DNA of 64,000 nt, taken from Candidatus Pacearchaeota archaeon. GTDB taxonomy: Archaea; Nanobdellota; Nanobdellia; Pacearchaeales; GW2011-AR1. Where the stretch lies: contig JAFCDZ010000001.1 in NCBI GenBank assembly GCA_017609405.1, forward strand, positions 98,561-162,560. Reading direction: 5' to 3'. Under the pieces are notes generated by a model, which saw only the letters and a program-made list of their open reading frames with translations, searched no databases and was not told where the DNA came from. This document shows, one piece after another, positions 26,483-36,259 of the stretch (its first letter is position 1; every line of letters starts with the position of its first letter). A program made the position numbers and the translations under genes.

Positions 26483-28774
26483 TTAGGTATATATCTTTTT
26501 TGTTTTCAATTTTTCATCAAGCCATTTTTTCCATTTTTGGAATATTTCATCATTTGAAAGATGGTTTTCCTTAAGAAAAGATTCCTCTATAATTTTATGA
26601 AAGATTATATTTGATAAAGTAGTAAATTCAGCCTCTAATAAGTCCGGACGATTTAATTTTTCAGAAACATTAACAAGTTCCTGAAGAACTTTTGCCCTTA
26701 ACAAGATATTATCCCAAACAGCATCCCAATTACCAACCCACCCTTTAACATTTGATGCAATCTCTTTTAAGATTTCAGAATCTCCATTAATTAAATCATC
26801 TGTAGGTTCTAATTCATCTTTATCCACATTATACCTCATTAAATCCACAAAACCTTTTTCTGCAACAGGGTCCTGCTTCCAATGCTTTCTCACTTCTGAA
26901 ATCTGAACAACCCTTCTCCAAGAATTCAAACCATCAGGAGTTTTAATAGGATTTGCCACAACAATTATATCTGTTGCTTTAAAAGAAGTTAAAGGAACCC
27001 CTAAATCATTAACAACCCTATCAAAAACTGCATAAGGGCTTGCACCATGAATTGTACCTGCAACAACATTTGCCAAAGCACCAACCCTCATTGCTTCATA
27101 AAGTGCCTTTGCCTCTGTACTTCTTATTTCTCCAAGAATAAGAGAGCTATCCCCTAATCTCAAACTTGTCCGAATTCCCTCCTCTGCTGAAAGCTCTGTT
27201 TCCTTGCTTGATAAACTAGAACGCACAACCATTCTTAAGACATCATAATTAAGTTTTCTCATAGCTTCAACAGGAAGCTCCATAGTATCTTCAACAACAA
27301 TAACCCTTATATTTGGAAGAATATTGAGCATCAAACTTCCGAGAAGAGAAGTCTTACCTGAGGACCTTGTTCCTGCTATTAAAATAGTTCTTGAACCATC
27401 AATTAAAAAACTTAATAACCCTGCTGCAAGAGGATTAATCATTTTATTCTTTAGAAACAATTGCAAAGTCCATGGTTTTGTCCTATGTCTCCTTATAGAA
27501 TACGCCAAGCCATCTACTGATAAAGGTTTCTGAACAGCAGCAATTCTCGCACTTACATTTTCTAAAGAAATTTGGGTATCTAAAACAGGGCTTGATTCAT
27601 CCAAAGGCCTTCCAGAAATCATCCTAAATTTAGCTGCCCAAGATTCTGCGTCTTCTAAACTAGGATTTATATTAGTAACACACTCTTCAAAATCCTGATG
27701 TCTAACAAAAAGAGGAAAAGAAGTAACAGGAGCATTTATAGAGATATCCTGAATTTTTTCATCTTGAAGTAAAATTTCTAAAAACCCAAAACCAACTGTA
27801 TGCCTAACAAGAATCCTTGCCAACCCATCAAGTTCTTCAAGTGAAAGTGGAACTTTTTTTGTAGAAGATAAATCTCTCAACAAATCTCTTGAAATATTAA
27901 AAAAAACCTGACGAATTCTCTCAACATCTGTAAACTCTTCAGCTTTTGGTTGGTGCTCAATCAAAACATTTTTAGCAAGATTTAGAATCATGCTTTTATC
28001 TTCGCTAAGTTGGTTTTCAGGAGGATTTAAATGATAAAGATATTGTGAATTATCTTTTAATTTAAAGATGCTAACAAGAGATTTATCGCCCTCAACACCA
28101 ATCTCATATTGAGTAACTAATTCTGCGTTCTCGGGAATTTTAGTAAGAATACGTGTAAAAGTGAAATTAGGAACAATGCTTGGGTGAAAAATATGTGAAT
28201 AAATCTCTCGACCTGTTTCTCCCTTTTCAAGATATTCCTTTGCCTTCTGGATTAACTCTGTATTCTCAAGAGATTCTAATGAATTTTTAAGAGTATTCCG
28301 ATATATATAATGACATCGCTTTTCAGAACCTTTTGTTTTTTCATACAATGCATTAACTCTAAAAAAGATTGATTTTAAATTAAGATATGCGTGAACAGGG
28401 TCTTGCTTAAGAAGATTAAGAAAACCAAGCATCTCATTATATCTCTTAGGTAAAAGCTCTTCGCAAGAACTTAAAACCAATTTTTGAGGGGATAAAACCC
28501 TTCCTTGTTTCTGAAGTGAAAGATAAAGCTGAGCAATCTCTGACAACAACTTTGTATCTTCAAACCCATAACTATAACTCTTTTGTTGAACAAGAACAAC
28601 TCTTGAAACATTGGGATTACTTGAAAGAGCATCTATAACTCTCTGCATAACTTCGGGATAATCTTCTATACTTGGAACAATCGGCGCACCAACATAATTA
28701 AAATACAAAACATCTACCCCTCCTTCCCTTCTAACTTCATAAGAATATAATTGTGCCTCTTTTTTAAATTCCAT
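26483..28774 (-). CDS. FlaI/PilB/VirB11-type secretion ATPase with long N-terminal extension
   Basis: Walker A ILIAGTRSSGKTSLLG, Asp box VVEDTMELP, and GEIRSTEAKALYEAMRVG...GTIHGASP His box. Confidence 0.85.
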   Translation of the reverse strand: MEFKKEAQLYSYEVRREGGVDVLYFNYVGAPIVPSIEDYPEVMQRVIDALSSNPNVSRVVLVQQKSYSYGFEDTKLLSEIAQLYLSLQKQGRVLSPQKLVLSSCEELLPKRYNEMLGFLNLLKQDPVHAYLNLKSIFFRVNALYEKTKGSEKRCHYIYRNTLKNSLESLENTELIQKAKEYLEKGETGREIYSHIFHPSIVPNFTFTRILTKIPENAELVTQYEIGVEGDKSLVSIFKLKDNSQYLYHLNPPENQLSEDKSMILNLAKNVLIEHQPKAEEFTDVERIRQVFFNISRDLLRDLSSTKKVPLSLEELDGLARILVRHTVGFGFLEILLQDEKIQDISINAPVTSFPLFVRHQDFEECVTNINPSLEDAESWAAKFRMISGRPLDESSPVLDTQISLENVSARIAAVQKPLSVDGLAYSIRRHRTKPWTLQLFLKNKMINPLAAGLLSFLIDGSRTILIAGTRSSGKTSLLGSLMLNILPNIRVIVVEDTMELPVEAMRKLNYDVLRMVVRSSLSSKETELSAEEGIRTSLRLGDSSLILGEIRSTEAKALYEAMRVGALANVVAGTIHGASPYAVFDRVVNDLGVPLTSFKATDIIVVANPIKTPDGLNSWRRVVQISEVRKHWKQDPVAEKGFVDLMRYNVDKDELEPTDDLINGDSEILKEIASNVKGWVGNWDAVWDNILLRAKVLQELVNVSEKLNRPDLLEAEFTTLSNIIFHKIIEESFLKENHLSNDEIFQKWKKWLDEKLKTKKIYT

Positions 28775-28918
28775 ATAAATCTATAGAAAATCTTATTTAA
28801 AATATTTGTGTAGAGGGTATTGTATAAAAAATCCCAAAATATCTCCAAATTTGATTAAAAGTTATCTTATTATAAAAGAAATAGCAATATTTAAAAAAGG
28901 TATTTTTATTGATTTATC

Positions 28919-29248
28919 ATGGCTGAAGAAAAACAAAAAATATCTGAGAAAGAATATGAAAAAAAAGTAATTGAATTAGCTAAAAAAGGTCTTACTGCAG
29001 AAAAAATAGGTGAAACATTAAGACAACAAGGTATCCATCCAAAAGAATTTGGAAAAAAGATATCAAAGATATTAAAAGAAAAGAATCTTTACATAAATCC
29101 AGATATAAAGAATATTGAAGAAAAATTAAAAAGAGTAAAAGAGCATTATGAAAAGAATAAGCAAGATAAAAGAGCTAAAAAAGAAATTGAAAGAATCTCT
29201 GCACATTTAAGAAAGATTAAGGATTATTTTAAGAGAAAAGAAAAATAA
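28919..29248 (+). CDS. rps15: 30S ribosomal protein uS15 (S15P/S13e), short form
   Basis: VIELAKKGLTAEKIGETLRQQGIHP...KISKILKEKNL...KDKRAKKEIERISAHLRKIKDYFKR parallels archaeal S15P. Confidence 0.8.
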   Translation: MAEEKQKISEKEYEKKVIELAKKGLTAEKIGETLRQQGIHPKEFGKKISKILKEKNLYINPDIKNIEEKLKRVKEHYEKNKQDKRAKKEIERISAHLRKIKDYFKRKEK

Positions 29249-29250
29249 TA

Positions 29251-30588
29251 ATGAATGAAACGCTTGAAAAAATAAAAGAGGTCTCTCAAAAATTTTTAGA
29301 GAAAAGCAAAAACAAAAGAATCTTGGTAATCAGCCACTTTGATACTGATGGAATAACTTCTGCTGCAATAGCTGTTAGACTCTTAAAAAAACTTGATTTA
29401 GAATTTGAAATAAAAATTATAAAAACACTAACAAAAGAACTAATAGAAAATCTACCAAAAAACAAAATAATCTTATTTTTAGATTTAGCTTCAAATAGTT
29501 TAGAAGAACTCTCAAAAACAGGAATAGATTCTATTTTTATAATTGACCACCACGAAATAAATCAAATAATTCCTGAAAATGTAGAAATAATAAACCCCCA
29601 TCTAACAGACAATGAAAAAATTAGCTCCTCTGGCTTAACATATCTCTTTTCTAAAGAATTAGAACCCTCTTTAGAAGGGATAGCCAAACTTGCAGTTCTT
29701 GGAATGGTAGGAGATACTCTTGAAAAAGAAATTGATAAAATAAATCACAACATAATAAATAATGAGGATATTCAAATAAGAAAAGGATTAAAGATTTATC
29801 CTTCAACAAGACCAATAAATATCGCATTAAGATATTCTTCAAGCCCATATATTGAGGGAGTAACTGGGAATATTGAAGGAATAAAAGAATTACTAAGAGA
29901 AAGTGGGATAACTCCAGAAAACAACAAATACCCAAGCATATTAGAATTAGATGAAGAGCAAACAAAAAGAATTGTAACATCAATTTTATTAAGAAACAAA
30001 AAAATAAAAATAGAGAACTTAATAGGCAACATATTTTTATTAAAATTTTTTAATAAACTTGAAGATGCAAGAGAGATGAGTGCAATGATTAATGCTTGCT
30101 CCAGACTTGGGGAGCCATATATAGCACTAAAGATGTGTCTTGAGGATAGAGAATCAAAAAAAAGAGCAGAAGCAATACATGCAAAATACAAAAAAGAGCT
30201 CCTTGATTCACTATCAAAAATAGAGGAATTAGAAAAAATAGAAGGAAAAGATTTTGTAATAATAAATGGAAAAGACCGTATAAGAGATACAATTGCTGGA
30301 ACAATAGCAAGTATTTTATCAAACTCCCCAAGATACGAAGAAGGAAGTGCAATAACAATTCTCGCATATGATAACAAAAAAATAAAAATATCTATGAGAA
30401 TAATAGAAAAAAGTGAAAAAAACGCAAAAGAGATACTGGAAGGGGTTATAAAGAAAATAGGTGGAGAAATAGGTGGGCACAAAAATGCTGCTGGGGCAGT
30501 GATTGAAAAAACAAAAGAAAAAGAATTCATAAAACTTCTTGAAGAAAACTTAAAAATAGAGAAAATAAGCTCAAAAATAATAACATAA
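29251..30588 (+). CDS. DHH-family RecJ-like phosphoesterase (archaeal RecJ/GAN/Cdc45-like)
   Basis: VISHFDTDGITSAAI and FIIDHH motifs, with a C-terminal DHHA1-like GGHKNAAG. Adjacency to S15 is common in archaea. Confidence 0.75.
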   Translation: MNETLEKIKEVSQKFLEKSKNKRILVISHFDTDGITSAAIAVRLLKKLDLEFEIKIIKTLTKELIENLPKNKIILFLDLASNSLEELSKTGIDSIFIIDHHEINQIIPENVEIINPHLTDNEKISSSGLTYLFSKELEPSLEGIAKLAVLGMVGDTLEKEIDKINHNIINNEDIQIRKGLKIYPSTRPINIALRYSSSPYIEGVTGNIEGIKELLRESGITPENNKYPSILELDEEQTKRIVTSILLRNKKIKIENLIGNIFLLKFFNKLEDAREMSAMINACSRLGEPYIALKMCLEDRESKKRAEAIHAKYKKELLDSLSKIEELEKIEGKDFVIINGKDRIRDTIAGTIASILSNSPRYEEGSAITILAYDNKKIKISMRIIEKSEKNAKEILEGVIKKIGGEIGGHKNAAGAVIEKTKEKEFIKLLEENLKIEKISSKIIT

Positions 30589-30619
30589 CACTTAAAAACA
30601 AACCTCTTCTTAAAGATTT

Positions 30620-31318
30620 ATGGAACTTGAAGAAGGAGATATTGTCTTATGTACTGTAGATAGAATTGTTGGTGCTGTTGTATTTGTAAAAATAGATGGA
30701 AATGGTGAAGGAAGCATTGTATTAAGCGAAGTTGCTCCTGGAAGAATAAGAAATATAAGAGATTACGTTGTTCCAAAAAAGAAAATTGTATGTAAAGTTT
30801 TAAAAATAGATGGGAACAACATCCAGCTCTCATTAAGAAGAGTAACAAAAAAAGAAAAAGAAGAGGTCTTAAAAGAATACAATCTTGAAAAAAAAGCAAA
30901 AAGCATACTAAACAGCGTACTAAAAGAAAAAAGTAAGGAGATAATTGAAGAAATAAAAAAACAAGGATACAATCTTGGAGAGTTTCTCTTTTCTCCTGAA
31001 AATCATAAAAAAATACTCCAGATAATCCCAAAACCAGAAGCAGAGAGAATATTAGAAATTGTAAAAAAACAAAGAGCAAAAAAAACAATTATAAAAAAAG
31101 TAATTTCATTAAAAACAATTCTTCCAGAAGGTTTAAACAAGATAAAGGAAATATTGGAAGAAATAAAGGATTGTGAGATAAAATATATCGCAGGAGGAGA
31201 GTATCAATTAAAAATTGAAGATGAAAATATCAAAGAAGCAGACCAAAAACTAAGAAGCATAGTTGAAGAAATAAGGAAAAAGGCAAAAAAAGAAGGAATT
31301 GACTTTGAGGAAAAATGA
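30620..31318 (+). CDS. eif2a: translation initiation factor aIF2 alpha subunit
   Basis: N-terminal S1 domain (GDIVLCTVDRIVGAVVFVKI...LSLRRV). Followed by Nop10, as in many archaea. Confidence 0.8.
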   Translation: MELEEGDIVLCTVDRIVGAVVFVKIDGNGEGSIVLSEVAPGRIRNIRDYVVPKKKIVCKVLKIDGNNIQLSLRRVTKKEKEEVLKEYNLEKKAKSILNSVLKEKSKEIIEEIKKQGYNLGEFLFSPENHKKILQIIPKPEAERILEIVKKQRAKKTIIKKVISLKTILPEGLNKIKEILEEIKDCEIKYIAGGEYQLKIEDENIKEADQKLRSIVEEIRKKAKKEGIDFEEK

Positions 31319-31443
31319 AACTTAAAAAATGTAAAAGATGTTTAATATACACCTTAAATGAAAAATGCCCAAAATGCAAAGAAAAAACAACTAATGCCCA
31401 TTATAAATTCATAAAATTAAAAAAGAGTCATCTGCCTCTCTAA
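31315..31443 (+). CDS. nop10: H/ACA RNP protein Nop10 (42 aa, not in the track)
   Basis: Own translation: MKLKKCKRCLIYTLNEKCPKCKEKTTNAHYKFIKLKKSHLPL. CxxC...YTL...CPxC zinc ribbon, ATGA overlap with aIF2-alpha, and conserved aIF2a-Nop10 synteny. Confidence 0.7.
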   Translation: MKLKKCKRCLIYTLNEKCPKCKEKTTNAHYKFIKLKKSHLPL

Positions 31444-32634
31444 AGAGCCCTCAATTAAAGCAACACCATAAACACCATCATAACCAGGTTTTACTTTTAT
31501 CTTACCATCTCTATTAATTAAAATCAATCTTACCAACTTTTCAGGGATATCTAAATCTAAAAGCTCTTTTTCTGAAACTGACAAAAGAACCTCAAATTCA
31601 TTTTTGAATTTGTCCAAAAGAGTGTTATAAATGTCCCACACTTTTTTGCTGTTTAAAGAAACGCCTAAAAACAAAGAAATAATCTCATGAAGAGGAAGGA
31701 GTGTATAAAAATATTTTTTATTTTTATAAGAAGATTCTCCAGACAAAGATTCTACTCTATGTTCAACACCGATAGTTAAAAGACCACCACAAATTGGGCA
31801 TATATTATTCCTTTTCTCTGCTTCTTTTGGAGGGCAAGAAAAATTACAAACCCTATGCCCATCCCAATGATACTTTCCATAAGCAGGTTCTGTCTCAATA
31901 GTTCCAATAATTTTATTTTCTCTTATCTGAGAAATAACATCTACATAAGAATCTGTTTCTTTAAAAATAGTGGCTTCCCTTCCCAATCTCCAAGGCCAAA
32001 AACTATGAGCATCAGAAAAACTAACAATAGTTTTGTTAGATAAAAAAGGTATTTTCCAGTTCATTGGCGGGTCTGAAGAGATTCCTGTTTCAATTGCGTG
32101 GATATTTTTTTCTTGCTCTTTAAAACACTCTTCCAAACTATCAAAACCAGACATACTTCCAAAAACACCAAACCAAGGAGTCCAAACATGAGCAGGAATT
32201 ATTTCAATATCTTTTGAGATTTCCAACAAATCTCTAACAAAAACATCTGCATGAATTCCAAAAATGGGCCTTCCATCATAATCTCTTCTCCCTTTTGTAT
32301 CTAAGTAAGAATTAATTTTTTCAGCAATTTCAATTGAAGGAACAAGAACAACTAAATGAATTTTTCTTGATTTCCCACCATCAGAATACATCAAAGACAC
32401 TTCCCCAGAAATAATAAAAGGAAAATCTCCAAAATAATAAAATCCTTTTCCATTATCCCTAAGTTTCTTAATTTCTTCAAACCAAATAGGGTGAGTAAAA
32501 TCCCCTGTTCCAAGAAGATTTAATCCTTTGATTTTTGCCCATTTAACAAGATTTTCAAAAGTTATATCTTTACTGCAAGCTCTTGAAAAGCGAGAATGAA
32601 TATGCAAATCAGCAAACATCCAATCTTTTTCCAT
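31417..32634 (-). CDS. endoQ: endonuclease Q (PHP-domain, deaminated-base endonuclease)
   Basis: ADLHIHSRFSRA, GTGDFTHP, SDAHSFWPWRLGRE, GKYHWDGHR, CPICGG and the C-terminal PGYDGVYG match the recalled Pyrococcus EndoQ over its full length. Confidence 0.8.
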   Translation of the reverse strand: MEKDWMFADLHIHSRFSRACSKDITFENLVKWAKIKGLNLLGTGDFTHPIWFEEIKKLRDNGKGFYYFGDFPFIISGEVSLMYSDGGKSRKIHLVVLVPSIEIAEKINSYLDTKGRRDYDGRPIFGIHADVFVRDLLEISKDIEIIPAHVWTPWFGVFGSMSGFDSLEECFKEQEKNIHAIETGISSDPPMNWKIPFLSNKTIVSFSDAHSFWPWRLGREATIFKETDSYVDVISQIRENKIIGTIETEPAYGKYHWDGHRVCNFSCPPKEAEKRNNICPICGGLLTIGVEHRVESLSGESSYKNKKYFYTLLPLHEIISLFLGVSLNSKKVWDIYNTLLDKFKNEFEVLLSVSEKELLDLDIPEKLVRLILINRDGKIKVKPGYDGVYGVALIEGSLERQMTLF

Positions 32635-32806
32635 TGAAAAATAATATAATACAAGTTTAAAATATTTTGCAAATTTAGATAAATAATAATTGAACAGTAC
32701 CCCCCCTGTTGAGCCATGTTTTAAATATTTTCCTATTAACCTCTTAAAGAGCCTCAGCTAATCTAAATATCACAAACTTATTAAAGTTTCATTTATAATT
32801 ATTTTT

Positions 32807-32923
32807 ATGAAAAGAGGCTTGCAAAACCTAAATATAAAGTGGATAATAAGAATAATTTTAAGCCTTGCTTTTTTTGGAATATTATACCTCACAATTAAAA
32901 ACATTATCAATAAAGTGATATAA
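32807..32923 (+). CDS. possible mini membrane/pilin-like ORF (38 aa, not in the track)
   Basis: Own translation: MKRGLQNLNIKWIIRIILSLAFFGILYLTIKNIINKVI. The stop lies 1 nt before the ATG of 32925..33977. Confidence 0.3.
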   Translation: MKRGLQNLNIKWIIRIILSLAFFGILYLTIKNIINKVI

Positions 32924-32924
32924 A

Positions 32925-33977
32925 ATGAAAAAGGCAGAAGTAAGTGTTGGATTTTTAATAACAACAATCTTAATTATTCTCGGAGCTGCCCTAATTTTTG
33001 GAATTTACTCTATAATGAATCCAAAAGACATGAGTGATAAAACAGCCTGCAAAACATCTGTCTTATTAAGAGCCTCAGCACCTGAAACAATGGGCATTTC
33101 AGATAAAATTCCTTTAAATTGTAAAACAAAAAAAATATGTATAAGAAAAGGAAACCTAATCTCAAGAATTTTTTCAAAAGCAGAATGTGAAGAATTCTCT
33201 GGAGCAAAAGATGTTATAACAAAAAACGCTGAAACAAAAGAAGACGTAGAGATGATTATTGCAAGAGAGATGGCAGAATGTTGGGACACTATGGGTGAAG
33301 GAAAAATACCTCTATTTATTGATGCTAAATTAGGGAAAAAAAGAGTAAAATCCCATTGTGTAATTTATTCAAGAATTGCATTTGACAAAGAACTAAAAAA
33401 AGACCCTGAAAAACTAAACCTAAACAAAATAGATATGATGAAATATTTGAATACCCATGAACCTCCTGGGCATGAAGGCATATCTTATGTTGAATACCTT
33501 CGAGGAAGATACACCACAGACCTAAAAAAAATAATAGAAAATAATGAGATAAAAGAAGAAATAAAAACAAAAAGTGAGCAAATTAAAACATTCGAAGAAC
33601 CCCCTACTAAAGAAATAGCAGTGATATACACACAAATTTATGCACCTACATGGAAAGAAGCATGGTCAAAGATACTTAAATCTCCAATAACAAAAGCAGG
33701 GGGAGCAATTGGGGCAGTTCAAATAATAAGACACCCTATAAAAGTTATTAAAGGAACTTTTGGAATATTAAAAAGTATACCATTTATATTGATTGCAACA
33801 GCAGTTGAATTAGCTCATACAGCAAACATAAAATACAATATGTATATAGCATCAATAAGGTGTAATGATTTTATAATCAATAATAAAAAATATTATGGAT
33901 GCAGCTCAATAAGAGTTGTCCCTTATGACCCTGAAGAAATAAAACAATATTGTGATATAATCGAAGGAAGCTCATAA
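32925..33977 (+). CDS. hypothetical N-terminally anchored extracellular protein (possibly pilin-like)
   Basis: MKKAEVSVGFLITTILIILGAALIFGIY N-terminus, followed by a Cys-containing globular part. Confidence 0.55.
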   Translation: MKKAEVSVGFLITTILIILGAALIFGIYSIMNPKDMSDKTACKTSVLLRASAPETMGISDKIPLNCKTKKICIRKGNLISRIFSKAECEEFSGAKDVITKNAETKEDVEMIIAREMAECWDTMGEGKIPLFIDAKLGKKRVKSHCVIYSRIAFDKELKKDPEKLNLNKIDMMKYLNTHEPPGHEGISYVEYLRGRYTTDLKKIIENNEIKEEIKTKSEQIKTFEEPPTKEIAVIYTQIYAPTWKEAWSKILKSPITKAGGAIGAVQIIRHPIKVIKGTFGILKSIPFILIATAVELAHTANIKYNMYIASIRCNDFIINNKKYYGCSSIRVVPYDPEEIKQYCDIIEGSS

Positions 33978-34208
33978 ACCCAAGAAACTAGTTGAAAAAT
34001 CCAATTTATATATTAAGTTGGAGTTAATATGGGCAATCATTTGAAGTAAGGTTCAACATTCTGGTCTGGTTTATAAAAGCCTTATTAAGTTGAACAAAAC
34101 GAGAAATCTTGCTGAACATTTTCAATTAAAAGATTATTTCATTAACTCTAAGATTTTCAACAGCACCCAAAACAAAAATATTTAAAAAAGGAAATACTAT
34201 GAAAAAAT

Positions 34209-34706
34209 ATGGCTATTCAAAGAACACTCGTATTAATAAAACCAGATGGATTAAAAAAAAGTTTAACTGGGAATATATTAAGCAAACTATCTGAAACAGA
34301 ATTAAAAATTGTTGGAGCAAAAGTTGTAAAAGTTTCAAAAGAATTAGCAGAGAAACATTATTCTGAATTAAAAAAGAGCTTAATTGAAAAATTTGGAGAA
34401 GAAAGAGGAAGGGAAATTTATGAAAATGTTCTTAGATATATTCAAGGAGAATATCACGGAACTCCAAGAGTTCTTGCTCTTGTTTATGCTGGAGAAAATG
34501 CAATTGAAAAAGTAAGAAGAATTGCCGGGGCAACAAATCCTGAAGAAGCAGAGCCAACATCAATAAGAGGAAAATATGGAAGGATTCATTCAAAAACAGG
34601 GGTTTTTGAAAATGTTATACATTGCTCAGATTCCCCTGAAAACGCTGAAAAAGAGATTGCATTATGGTTCAAGGATGATGAAATTGTTGATTGTGAAGAA
34701 GATTAA
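34209..34706 (+). CDS. ndk: nucleoside diphosphate kinase
   Basis: [11 protein letters not shown], the catalytic His motif region [20 protein letters not shown], and SIRGKYG. Confidence 0.9.
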   Translation: MAIQRTLVLIKPDGLKKSLTGNILSKLSETELKIVGAKVVKVSKELAEKHYSELKKSLIEKFGEERGREIYENVLRYIQGEYHGTPRVLALVYAGENAIEKVRRIAGATNPEEAEPTSIRGKYGRIHSKTGVFENVIHCSDSPENAEKEIALWFKDDEIVDCEED

Positions 34707-35731
34707 GCTTTATCTCCAATTCCAGAATCACTTACCCAGAAAATAGCTTCATTATCAGGTAAATTAGGGGAGTCAATTAACTTAGCTACTCTTGAACCCT
34801 GCTTGCCTCTTCTTAAGTAAATTCTATATGTAGAAGCATGCCCAACAATATTTCCCCCAATCGCAGTTGTTGGGTCTCCAAAAAGCATTGCGGGATTTGC
34901 CATAACCTGATTTGTAACATAAACAGCAATATTATGTTGCTCTGCTAATTTCATTAACTGGTGCATATATCTATTTAATTTCTGTTGCCTATCTGCTAAT
35001 TGTCCTCTTCCAGAATATTCTGCCCTAAAATGAGCTGTTAGAGAATCAACAATTAATAATCTTATTGGCTCACCATTTTTTATTAAATCAGAAACTTTTT
35101 CAAGAAGAAGCATTTGGTGGTCTGAATTAAATGCTCTTGCAACAAGTATATTCTTCAAAACCTCTTCAGGATTCAAGCCCCTTTTTTCTGCAATTTGTTT
35201 TATTCTTGAAGGCCTAAAAGTCCCTTCAGTATCAATAAAAACACACTTCCCTTTCGCTCCTCCTTGTTCAATTGGAAGCTGAACATTAATTGCTAAAGAT
35301 AAACCCAACTGAGTTTTACCTGAGCCATAAGCACCAAAAGCTTCTGTAATAGCCCTCCCCTCAATACCTCTCCCACCAAGAAGTTCATCAAGATTTTTAC
35401 TTCCAGTAGTTATATAATAAATATTTTCCCTTTTCTTAGCATATTCCAAACCATCTGAAAAACCTAAGTCAAGCATATTTCTTGCAGCTTGTATTGCTTT
35501 CCTAGCAACAGCACTGCTAACTCCTGCTGCATCAGAAAGAGCAGCTGGACTCATAACTGCAAGACCCATAAGGTCAAAAATTCCAGCGCTCTCCAATTTT
35601 GCAGCAACAGCAGGACCAATCCCTGGAAGATCAGTCAACTGCGGCTCCTCTTTTTCTCCAGCTTTTTTTGAATTTGAATTTCCCTCAACAGCTTCTTTAA
35701 TCTTTTTTAATTCATCTTTCTTAGTAGCCAT
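34703..35731 (-). CDS. radA: DNA repair and recombination protein RadA
   Basis: N-terminal HhH ([19 protein letters not shown]), Walker [14 protein letters not shown] and Walker B LLIVDS. Start set at MATKKDEL. Confidence 0.92.
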   Translation of the reverse strand: MATKKDELKKIKEAVEGNSNSKKAGEKEEPQLTDLPGIGPAVAAKLESAGIFDLMGLAVMSPAALSDAAGVSSAVARKAIQAARNMLDLGFSDGLEYAKKRENIYYITTGSKNLDELLGGRGIEGRAITEAFGAYGSGKTQLGLSLAINVQLPIEQGGAKGKCVFIDTEGTFRPSRIKQIAEKRGLNPEEVLKNILVARAFNSDHQMLLLEKVSDLIKNGEPIRLLIVDSLTAHFRAEYSGRGQLADRQQKLNRYMHQLMKLAEQHNIAVYVTNQVMANPAMLFGDPTTAIGGNIVGHASTYRIYLRRGKQGSRVAKLIDSPNLPDNEAIFWVSDSGIGDKA

Positions 35732-35793
35732 AATAAATCTAAAATTTAACTCTTTATAAGTATTATTCAAATATTAGATATATTTTAAAGTAG

Positions 35794-36258
35794 TTATAAA
35801 AACACATTAAGAAAGATAACAAAAAGAAAAATGTCAAAAACCAAGAAAAAATAAAATAAAAAAGATTCAATAAACCCGCCTGATTTTAAAAATCCTTTAA
35901 TTTTAAAATCAAAAGGATAAAATATCCTCACACCCTGCCGAGTAAAACAATCTAAGAAAATATGTCCTCCATAACCGAATAAAAAACTAAGAGATAAAAT
36001 AAAAGAAAATTCTCTTAAAATAATGAAAACAAGAAGAACAAAGATAAAACTATGTAAAAAACCTCTATGCTGAAAAAAAATCTGAATACCTCTAAGAGAC
36101 TTCTTCTTACCTATTTTAGAGAACCTTGAATCAACATCTGGAAGAGATGAAAAAACAAGAATAAGAAGGATAAACAAAAAAGGTGATTCAACACCTTTTA
36201 CAAGAGAAAATAAAAAACCAAAAAACAGAGTTACAACCAAATGGGTTTTAAGAAGCAT
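35794..36258 (-). CDS. YdjM/DUF457-like membrane-bound metal-dependent hydrolase
   Basis: MLLKTHLVV..., SSLPDVDS and HRGFLHS motifs, with four TM segments. Confidence 0.6.
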   Translation of the reverse strand: MLLKTHLVVTLFFGFLFSLVKGVESPFLFILLILVFSSLPDVDSRFSKIGKKKSLRGIQIFFQHRGFLHSFIFVLLVFIILREFSFILSLSFLFGYGGHIFLDCFTRQGVRIFYPFDFKIKGFLKSGGFIESFLFYFFLVFDIFLFVIFLNVFL

Positions 36259-36259
36259 T

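Noticed and set aside
29796-30530. 244-aa minus-strand ORF, plus 29651..29983 and 30089..30367
   Set aside because: They are antisense to the RecJ-like gene, whose DHH and DHHA1 motifs are clear. The composition is typical of AT-rich shadow ORFs.
30618-31088. 156-aa minus-strand ORF
   Set aside because: It is antisense to aIF2-alpha and gives an L/F/Q-rich nonsense-like sequence.
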